From: an uncultured Chloroflexia bacterium
GTDB lineage: Bacteria > Chloroflexota > Anaerolineae > Anaerolineales > Anaerolineaceae
Length of the DNA stretch: 32,000 bases
NCBI GenBank assembly: GCA_963704755.1
Contig: OY969938.1
Location: forward strand, 3,150,001-3,182,000
Direction: 5' to 3'
Of this stretch, positions 14,727 to 21,672 are shown in pieces; position 1 is the stretch's first letter; the number at the start of each line of letters is the position of its first letter. Under the pieces are notes generated by a model that worked only from the letters and a program-made list of their open reading frames with translations, was not told where the DNA came from and searched no databases. A program made the position numbers and the translations under genes.

Positions 14727-15568
14727 GCGCATGGAACAGCACAGTGTGCGGATCGACGGGAAAGAGATAGTCTATTACGAAGCCGGCAGCGATGGCTCGC
14801 CGGTCCTGCTGCTGCACGGCGGCGGGGTCGATTCGGCCCTGATAAGCTGGAACGAGATCATCCCCCTGCTGGCGGAAAGACACCGGGTCATCGCCCCGGA
14901 CCTGCCCGGGTACGGCCTGAGTGCCAAACCGAAAGTGGACTATACCCAGGAATACTACCTGGACTTTTTGGGCAAGTTCCTCGACGCCCTGCACCTCGAA
15001 AGGGCCAGCCTGGCCGGGCTTTCGCTGGGAGGAGGGCTTTCGCTCGGCTTCACCCTGGAACATCCCCAGCGGGTGGACAAACTCATTCTGGTTGACAGCT
15101 ATCGGGATTCAATCTTTCATGGCGTATCACAAGCTGATCTATTTTTATGTCTTCACGCCGTTAAATGAGCTTTCCTTCTGGGCATTCAAACGCAGTAAAA
15201 AGATGGTTCGTGATTCGCTGAAAGCCGCCATCTACGACCCGCAAAATATCACCGCCGAGCTGGTCGAGAGGGTCTGGCAAGAAGTAAGCAATCCCTTTGC
15301 CGGGAAGGCATTTGCCTCGTGGCAGCGCAGCGAGTGCCGCTGGAATGGCCTAAAAACCGACTATACCGGTCGCCTGGGTGAAATTCACACCCCCACGCTG
15401 ATCTTGCACGGCGACCACGATACGACTGTGCCGGTTTTCTGGGCCGAACGTGCCCATGCGGCAATTCCGGGTTCCCGCTACGTACCGCTCAAGAACCGCA
15501 GGCATTGGGCCCTTCGCGATAATCCCGATGAGATTGTCGAGATCATCCAGGGCTTTCTGGGGGAATGA
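14716..15568 (+). pseudogene. Alpha/beta-fold hydrolase (MhpC/BphD-like) interrupted by a +1 frameshift near 15101-15107
   Basis: HGGG oxyanion motif, nucleophile elbow GLSLGG, and C-terminal LILHGDHDTTVP ... RHWALRDNP (Asp and His of the triad). The N-terminal part (ORF 14674-15168) and C-terminal part (ORF 14921-15568) are in different frames. The sequence reads through as ...KLILVDSY[G/R]IQSFMAYHKL... if one base around tatcggg is removed. Confidence 0.75.
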
Positions 15569-15610
15569 GGGCCAGGCGGGAGAAAAAGCCTGACTTAACC
15601 ATCGATAAGC

Positions 15611-15640
15611 GGCTGTCCCAAAAGTAATTTTGAGACAGCC
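15611..15640 (+). terminator. Hairpin downstream of the hydrolase gene (possible terminator)
   Basis: ggctgtcccaaaa-gtaa-ttttgagacagcc; 12-13 bp stem with one mismatch. Confidence 0.4.
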
Positions 15641-15709
15641 CAGAACCATTTCCCTAATTTGGGGGATGAAACCTTCCTGCGGCCCGGCTATCCTGAGAGC
15701 TGGAGGATT

Positions 15710-15721
15710 TCGATTAATCGA
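15710..15721. promoter_or_regulatory. 12-bp perfect palindrome TCGATTAATCGA upstream of the fused kinase gene (possible operator)
   Basis: Exact palindrome about 30 bp upstream of the GTG at 15751. A weak TTCGAT-17-TAGTAT promoter-like arrangement overlaps it. Confidence 0.25.
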
Positions 15722-15750
15722 GTAAACGCTTTAGTATCACATCTTCGCTG

Positions 15751-18189
15751 GTGTATCTCAGCGGCGTACTGTTTTTGTGCGTTTTTTTGGCCGCGGCCTT
15801 TGGCAGAACAGGAATTCCTTTCCTTTTGGTCGTTGTGGCCATGACCGGCCTGGGAATCGTGCTGCTGCTGCCCTACCTGCGGCGCCTGTTCCAAATTGGG
15901 GTGGCCCTGGAGCGCTTTTCACACGGTGACGCCGGCAAACGCATCTCCGTCCGATTTTTCGACCCGCTGAAGAAGTTGGTAGAAATCGTCAACCGGGTGA
16001 CCGGGGCCGGCCAGAGCCACGAATTGCGCGAGCAGTTGGAAATGGGCATCGAACAGACCGCCGCCCAGCAGGAGCGCAACCGCCTGGCCCGCGAACTGCA
16101 CGATTCGATCAAGCAGCAGTTGTTCAGCATCCAGATGAGCGCCGCCGCCGCCGAAAAACGCCTGACGCTTTCGGCCGAAGACGCCGGCGGCTCGCTGGAT
16201 GCGATCCGCGACGCCCGCCAGAGCGCCCAGGAGGCCCTGGTGGAGATGAATGCGCTGCTGGCCCAGCTTTCGCCGGCGCCCCTGGAAAAAGTCGGCCTGG
16301 CCCAGGCCCTGCGGGACCAGTGCGAGGCGCTCGGCTACCGCAGCGGCGCCCAGGTGACCTGCGAGATCGGCGAGCTGCCGACGGAAAAATGGCTGGTGAC
16401 CGGCGTCCAGGAAGCCCTGTTCCGCATCGCCCAGGAAGCCCTCAGCAACGTATCTCGCCACGCCCGAGCCGGGCAGGTCCACCTCAGCCTGGACTGGAAC
16501 CACGCTGCCTCGGTGCTCGAGCTGGCGATCAGCGACGACGGCCTGGGGTTCGACCCGGCGGGTGAGCCCCAGGGCCGCGGGCTGGCCGGCATGCGCACGC
16601 GGGTCGAAAGCCTGGGCGGTCAGATCGAAATCGACAGTGCGCCCGGCCAGGGTACCCATTTGCAGGTCCGCTTCCCGGTTTACGCTGAGGAAGAAGCGAT
16701 CGCCATAACCGCTGACCATGCGCCCAACCGGGTCGGCCTGGTCAGCCTGGGCGGCGGGGTGCTGGCCGCGCTGCTGCTGGCTGTGCCCTGGATCCTTCAC
16801 ATTCCGCAACTCGGGCTGAGCGGCGGCAACCTGCTCGACCGCATGCCGGATGGGGTGGCTTATCTGCTGGCAGCAATGGTGGCGCTGCTGAGCGGCTGGC
16901 TGGCGGCCCGCTGGGTGCGCCATAACGGCATCCTGGCCGGCGGCGCAGCCGGCCTGCTGGCCGGCCTGGTGACGTACGGCCTGGTCGGCGGGGCCTGGGC
17001 GGGCGTGCGCGGCTCGCAGGCGCTGCTGGCCAACGGGTGGAATTCTCTTCCTGAGAATGCAGTAACCGGCCAGCTCATGGAAAGCACGGGGCACATTTTC
17101 TTGTGGACGGGTGGGCTGTACATTGTCATCTTATTGGCCGGCGCCTGCCTGGGGGCATTGGGCGGGCTGATCGCTTGCGGCAGGCAGGAGATCACCCTGC
17201 CGGTCGATTGGCGCGCGACATGCAATTTGCTGGCCGCTCCGGTGGTGATCAGCAGCGCCGGCGCCATCCTGCTGGCCGGATTTTTCATGCCGCTCATCGA
17301 AGGGGCCAGCCTCAACCTGCCGTATGACATTCTCGGAACCATACCGGTTAACCTCATTAGCGTTGCCTGCCTGGTGCCGCTGGTCATTCCAACCATTTTC
17401 TACATCGCCGGGGTCGCCTGGCAATACAAGGCCCTCCAGGCCGAATTTGAACAAAAAAGCCTGTCCGGCCTGCCCGCGCTGCACTGGCAGACCTTGACCT
17501 GGACCACGCTGTATCTTTTGGTGGGGGCAATCGCCTTACTCGTCAGCTTCGGCTTCCTCACTCGCGCCGGGTCGTCTGAAGTCCCGGCCACTTTACTCAT
17601 TGCCCTGTACCCCCTGGCTGCAACCGGCATTTTCAGCCTGGTGATGACCACCCTTTACGGCGTGCAGCTCGGCAAAATCCGCCAACGGATGCTCCAAAAC
17701 CATCAGCCGGTGCCGTCATTGGTGATGTACGCCGGCCTGATCATCCTGCCGGTCAGCCTGGTGTTCACCTATCTCACCTTACTTGATTCGCAATGGCTTG
17801 TCGCGGCTTTTCTGTCCTGGCTGGTTGAAATGATTTGCCTGGCCTACCTGCTCATCGCACGGCACTTGCCAACGGGCACCGCCGGGCGGGCCTTGCGGCG
17901 CAGCGCCCGCGAAAACACCGCCCGGCTGAGTGGGTCCTGGCTGCTCGTTTCGCTGCTCTTCCTGCTGCCGGCGCTTGACCTGGGCGCGGCCGGGCTCTCC
18001 TTGCTGTCCATCCCGGCCCGTATGACACCCAATGGCCTGGAAGACCTGACCCAGAAAAGTATCCTCGGCCAGCATTACCTGGTCCTGGCCGGGACCTTCG
18101 TCGGGCTGCTGGTGATCGCCTTTGGTTTGACCGGCTTCCGCCAGATCTTGAATGCCCTCGCCGGGCTGCGCATTCGCAAAGAGCTATAA
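15751..18189 (+). CDS. NarL-type histidine kinase core fused to a C-terminal integral-membrane domain of about 500 aa and about 12 TM segments
   Basis: Two N-terminal TM segments, a linker, the H-box ERNRLARELHDSIKQQLFS, then HATPase_c (EALSNVSRHA, DDGLGFD, GLAGMRTRVESLGG) ending near residue 310. About twelve hydrophobic segments follow to residue 812 in the same frame. The start codon (GTG 15751) is uncertain. Confidence 0.7.
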   Translation: MYLSGVLFLCVFLAAAFGRTGIPFLLVVVAMTGLGIVLLLPYLRRLFQIGVALERFSHGDAGKRISVRFFDPLKKLVEIVNRVTGAGQSHELREQLEMGIEQTAAQQERNRLARELHDSIKQQLFSIQMSAAAAEKRLTLSAEDAGGSLDAIRDARQSAQEALVEMNALLAQLSPAPLEKVGLAQALRDQCEALGYRSGAQVTCEIGELPTEKWLVTGVQEALFRIAQEALSNVSRHARAGQVHLSLDWNHAASVLELAISDDGLGFDPAGEPQGRGLAGMRTRVESLGGQIEIDSAPGQGTHLQVRFPVYAEEEAIAITADHAPNRVGLVSLGGGVLAALLLAVPWILHIPQLGLSGGNLLDRMPDGVAYLLAAMVALLSGWLAARWVRHNGILAGGAAGLLAGLVTYGLVGGAWAGVRGSQALLANGWNSLPENAVTGQLMESTGHIFLWTGGLYIVILLAGACLGALGGLIACGRQEITLPVDWRATCNLLAAPVVISSAGAILLAGFFMPLIEGASLNLPYDILGTIPVNLISVACLVPLVIPTIFYIAGVAWQYKALQAEFEQKSLSGLPALHWQTLTWTTLYLLVGAIALLVSFGFLTRAGSSEVPATLLIALYPLAATGIFSLVMTTLYGVQLGKIRQRMLQNHQPVPSLVMYAGLIILPVSLVFTYLTLLDSQWLVAAFLSWLVEMICLAYLLIARHLPTGTAGRALRRSARENTARLSGSWLLVSLLFLLPALDLGAAGLSLLSIPARMTPNGLEDLTQKSILGQHYLVLAGTFVGLLVIAFGLTGFRQILNALAGLRIRKEL

Positions 18190-18207
18190 TTTAATGACAA
18201 AAGGCCT

Positions 18208-18260
18208 CTGAATGTGAAGTATTTGCGAGGGCAAAGTCCTCGCAAATACCTCACATCCAG
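18208..18260. repeat. 23-bp-stem palindrome (family alpha) between kinase and regulator genes
   Basis: ctgaatgtgaagtatttgcgagg-gcaaagt-cctcgcaaatacctcacatccag. There are two A-C mismatches on the plus strand. The sequence is homologous to the 13956-14010 element. Confidence 0.85.
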
Positions 18261-18298
18261 GACTTTCACCCATAAGGCTAAACAATTATTGTGATTTT

Positions 18299-18952
18299 AT
18301 GACAAATAGACAACACACCCTCCGGGTGGCGCTGGTCGATGACCACAACGTGGTCCGCCGCGGAATGCGGACCTTCCTCGAATCGTTCGCGGATATCACC
18401 GTCGTCGCCGAGGCGGCCACCGCCGAAGAAGCCCTGGCCCGTCTGGATGACTGGGATGCGGAGATTGTCTTGATGGACCTGCTCCTACCGGGCGGCATGG
18501 ACGGCATCGAGGCCACCCGGCAAATAGCCCGCACTCATCCGCAAGTGCGGGTGGTGGTCCTGACCGCCTACACCGACGAAGCCCGCGCCATCGCGGCCCT
18601 GCGGGCCGGGGCCCGCGGCTATGTGCTCAAAGACGCCAGCCCCGAAACGCTGCTGGAGACCATCCGCGCCGTGGCCCGGGGGCAGCGGGCCATCGACCCG
18701 GCCCTGTCGCAGGACCTGTTGAGCGACAACGGCAGCAGCCCTCTATATGGGTTGACCCCACGCGAGCTGGACGTGCTGCGCCAGGTTGCCCAGGGCAAAA
18801 CCAATCACGAGATCGCCGCCGAGCTGGTATTGGGGGAAGAGACGGTCAAATCGCACGTCGCCAGCATCCTGGGTAAGCTGGGCCTGACCAGCCGCTCGCA
18901 GGTCGCCGCCTATGCACTCAAACAAGGGCTGCTGCGGCTGGATGAAATATAA
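18299..18952 (+). CDS. NarL/LuxR-family response regulator
   Basis: Receiver domain LRVALVDDH...EIVLMDLLLPG and C-terminal HTH LTPRELDVLRQVAQGKTNHEIAAELVLGEETVKSHV; 217 aa. Confidence 0.9.
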   Translation: MTNRQHTLRVALVDDHNVVRRGMRTFLESFADITVVAEAATAEEALARLDDWDAEIVLMDLLLPGGMDGIEATRQIARTHPQVRVVVLTAYTDEARAIAALRAGARGYVLKDASPETLLETIRAVARGQRAIDPALSQDLLSDNGSSPLYGLTPRELDVLRQVAQGKTNHEIAAELVLGEETVKSHVASILGKLGLTSRSQVAAYALKQGLLRLDEI

Positions 18953-18955
18953 AAA

Positions 18956-19014
18956 ATTCCGGGTTCGAGGTATTGGCAAGGGCTGTGCCCCTGCCAATAC
19001 CTCGAACCCGGAAT
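18956..19014. repeat. 28-bp-stem palindrome (family alpha) between convergent genes; likely bidirectional terminator
   Basis: attccgggttcgaggtattggcaagggc-tgt-gcccctgccaatacctcgaacccggaat. One A-C mismatch (18979/18991) and a 3-nt loop. Confidence 0.85.
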
Positions 19015-19027
19015 CCTTATATCCAGG

Positions 19028-19624
19028 TCACTCTCGTTTGCGGATGATGCCGAAATAGAATAAATTCAACAACTGGTCGAAGGCTTTGGGATCCGTCAGA
19101 ACCGGCTGCAATTCGTCCAGCTTGGCCTCGAAGCCGGCCTCCACAATCTGCTGGTACAGGTAAATCAGCTCGAAGGGCAAATCTTCCTCGATGTAGCCCT
19201 CCTTTTTACCCTGCTCGTAGAAGCGGTACATGAGCTCCCGCACCCGCTCACCCGGTTTGGTCTGGCCATCTCCGCTGTTTCGCCCGCCTTTTTCCAGCAG
19301 GTCGTAAAGCGCCCGGCTGTCGGCCACATTGGGCAGGGTATCTTTGGCCATCAAGGTGATTTTAAGCTTCTCGATGAAACTCAAGTTGCTTTCCAGAATT
19401 TTGTTGGTGGCGGTGAACACTTCATCGACGTACAGATCTACCACCGCCAACTGCAGCTCCTCTTTGCTGTGAAAATATTTATAGATCGTAACCTTGGAGA
19501 CCTTCGCCTGGGCGGCGATCTCATCCATGCTCACCCGGTTTACACCCTGGTTGGTAAACAGCTCCAGGGCGGTCTTCTTGATCCGCTCAGAGATTTGTTG
19601 TCTGCGCCGTTCGTGGCCGTTCAT
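19028..19624 (-). CDS. TetR/AcrR-family transcriptional regulator
   Basis: N-terminal HTH IKKTALELFTNQGVNRVSMDEIAAQAKVSKVTIYKYFHSKEEL; 198 aa. Confidence 0.85.
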   Translation of the reverse strand: MNGHERRRQQISERIKKTALELFTNQGVNRVSMDEIAAQAKVSKVTIYKYFHSKEELQLAVVDLYVDEVFTATNKILESNLSFIEKLKITLMAKDTLPNVADSRALYDLLEKGGRNSGDGQTKPGERVRELMYRFYEQGKKEGYIEEDLPFELIYLYQQIVEAGFEAKLDELQPVLTDPKAFDQLLNLFYFGIIRKRE

Positions 19625-19790
19625 GGGTTTTTCCGCCCCTCCTGCCTGGAATCCTTATTGATGCGCGCCTCTCCCGAAAAAGTACTCCTTTCCGGAGAGG
19701 AGAATTACAGCCAGGTGAAGTTTTTCTGACCGCTTCGCCTGACGATATTGGCGTTTAACGTAACCCCTCAACGATTGCGGAGAACCAGAG

Positions 19791-19823
19791 TATTTCTCTG
19801 TGTGCGAAGCACACAGAGAAATA
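19791..19823. repeat. Perfect 15-bp-stem palindrome with 3-nt loop
   Basis: tatttctctgtgtgc-gaa-gcacacagagaaata, in the divergent TetR/methyltransferase intergenic region. Confidence 0.85.
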
Positions 19824-20035
19824 AAAAAGCTCTAATCTTCCGGACTTGCCGGAGCAGTAATCTTTTTTATATGCTTAGCGCAAGCTGCTGCGAGGCAAGT
19901 AACCCCAGCCCCAAGTTTAGCTTGTTTTTAAGGTACGAAGCGTCTCAAAAACATGACAGATTCTCACGGGACAAGGTAAGCAAGTTGCAACCAGATTAAT
20001 TAATGAACTCATATGGCAATTATAGTTCAAAATCA

Positions 20036-20064
20036 TTGACAGGGGGATATCCGCGCGATAAAAT
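20036..20064 (+). promoter_or_regulatory. Candidate promoter of the methyltransferase gene
   Basis: TTGACA (20036-20041), a 17-nt spacer, TAAAAT (20059-20064), about 40 nt upstream of the ATG at 20106. Confidence 0.45.
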
Positions 20065-20105
20065 GTACTCCGTATTTAAAAATAGTTCACAAATGTGAGG
20101 CGAGC

Positions 20106-20975
20106 ATGGCAGAACAAAATGTTGGCAGAACGGCGCTCGGGGCAGCCACGTGCCGGCTGATCGAACAGTACCGGCCGGCGGATACCCGTTTATTCAATGA
20201 CCCGGTGGTCAAAAGCCTGGTGGGCACACCCATCCGGGTTTTGTTGCAGTTCGCCAGCATGCGCAACCTGACGATCAAGCAGACTGACGCGGTTGCCGTG
20301 GGGATCTTCGGCGCCCAGATCTGCCGCACCCGCTACATCGACGACACGGTCCAGGCCGCCCTGGCCGGCGGGATCAGGCAGTTGGTGATCCTGGGCGCCG
20401 GCTTCGATACCCGCCCTTACCGCCTGGCCGGGATCGAGAATGTCAAGGTGTTCGAAGTTGACCTGCCCTCGGTCCAGGAAGACAAAAAGAAAAAGCTGGC
20501 CCATTTTCTTGGCCAGTTGCCCCCAAACGTGACCTTTATCCCGATTGATTTTAACCGCCAGGCCCTGGATTCGGTCTTAGCCGGCAGCGCCTTTGACTCA
20601 ACTCAACCGGCCGTGTTTATCTGGGAAGCGGTGACCCAATACATCACTGAAGACGCCGTCCGCCAGACCCTGTCCTTCATCGGTAAGTCCGCCGCCGGCA
20701 GCATGCTGGTTTTTACCTACGTGTTAAAGAGCGTGATCGAGCAGCGCACCGGCAACCCGGACCTGGACAAGATGGTGGACTTTGTGGCCAAGAACAACGC
20801 GCCCTGGGTTTTCGGCCTGGAGCCGGCCACCATCCGCGAATTCTTGCAGCCCTTCCACCTCGACCTGGTCGAAGACGTAGGCAATGCCGATTACCAGCAG
20901 CGGTATCTCCGCCCCATCGGCCGCGACCTGGTCGTCTCCGAAGCCGAACAAATCGCCCAGGCCATCGTCAAGTAG
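20106..20975 (+). CDS. Class I SAM-dependent methyltransferase (leucine carboxyl / TIGR00027-like O-methyltransferase family)
   Basis: N-terminal GRTALGAATCRLIE, SAM-binding LVILGAGFDTRPYRL, acidic motif VFEVDLPSV, and VFIWEAVTQYI. This pattern is typical of the mycobacterial-type putative O-methyltransferases. Confidence 0.75.
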   Translation: MAEQNVGRTALGAATCRLIEQYRPADTRLFNDPVVKSLVGTPIRVLLQFASMRNLTIKQTDAVAVGIFGAQICRTRYIDDTVQAALAGGIRQLVILGAGFDTRPYRLAGIENVKVFEVDLPSVQEDKKKKLAHFLGQLPPNVTFIPIDFNRQALDSVLAGSAFDSTQPAVFIWEAVTQYITEDAVRQTLSFIGKSAAGSMLVFTYVLKSVIEQRTGNPDLDKMVDFVAKNNAPWVFGLEPATIREFLQPFHLDLVEDVGNADYQQRYLRPIGRDLVVSEAEQIAQAIVK

Positions 20976-21006
20976 CCCGGCTTTCAAAACCGAGGGCTGA
21001 AGCGCA

Positions 21007-21670
21007 AAATCAGCCATGGATGGACACGGATACATACAGATTTTGTTTATTAAAGAATTATCTGTGTCCATCCGTGTACATCTGTGGCTATAATTTTCCC
21101 GGTTTATAAGGCCAAGAAACAGACATGGTAGTCCTGGTTTCTTAGCCGGCCTTATTTACCACCCACCCCTGATAAATCAATCACAGATGGACACAAATAG
21201 ACACAGATATTTTTTTTAAAAGAATCATCTGTGTCCATCCGTGTACATCTGTGGCTACAAATTCCCAGCTTATAAAGCCAAGAAATTGTTTTATTGCCCT
21301 GGTTTCTTAGCCGGCCTTGTTTACCACCCACCAGGGAAAGAGATCAATCACAGTTGGACACAAATGGACACAGATATTCTTTACAAAAGAATCATCTGTG
21401 TCCATCCGTGTACATCTGTGGCTAAAATTTTCCCGGTTTATAAGGCCAAGAAATTATTATAATGCCCTGGTTTCTTAGCCGGCCTTGTTTACCACCCACC
21501 AGGGAAAGAGATCAATCACAGATGGACACAAATGGACACAGATATTTTTTACAAAAGAATTATCTGTGTCCATCCGTGTTCATCTGTGGCCAAAATTGTC
21601 CTCTGCCCACCAGCATTGAAGAGCGGGCCGAACACGATCAAAGCAGATTGTTCTAAAAACATCTGTGGCT
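21007..21670. repeat. Array of 167-168-bp structured tandem repeats: about 3.5 good units plus a degenerate terminal unit
   Basis: The motif atctgtgtccatccgtgt[a/t]catctgtggc recurs at 21060-21088, 21227-21255, 21394-21422 and 21562-21590, giving periods of 167, 167 and 168 bp. The partner arm cacagatggacacaaatggacacagat recurs at 21182, 21349 and 21517, with a degenerate copy at about 21011. A second conserved imperfect hairpin (aaggccaagaaa ... tttcttagccggcctt) lies in each inter-palindrome segment. GC content is clearly lower than in the flanks. Confidence 0.9.
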
Positions 21671-21672
21671 AT

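Noticed and set aside
19748-19999. 83-aa ORF in the TetR/methyltransferase intergenic region
   Set aside because: The segment is low-GC and the ORF has no ribosome-binding site. It has no motif and spans the 15-bp palindrome, so the region is more likely regulatory and non-coding.
20007-20032. TGAAC-N16-GTTCA upstream of the methyltransferase gene as a second LexA box
   Set aside because: The spacing is 16 nt rather than 4, so it does not fit the GAAC-N4-GTTC model. It is probably a coincidental 5-bp inverted repeat in AT-rich DNA.
21007-21670. The tandem repeat array as a CRISPR array
   Set aside because: The period is 167 bp rather than about 60-75 bp. The segments between palindromes are themselves conserved from unit to unit, so they are not unique spacers. 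No cas genes are present in the window.
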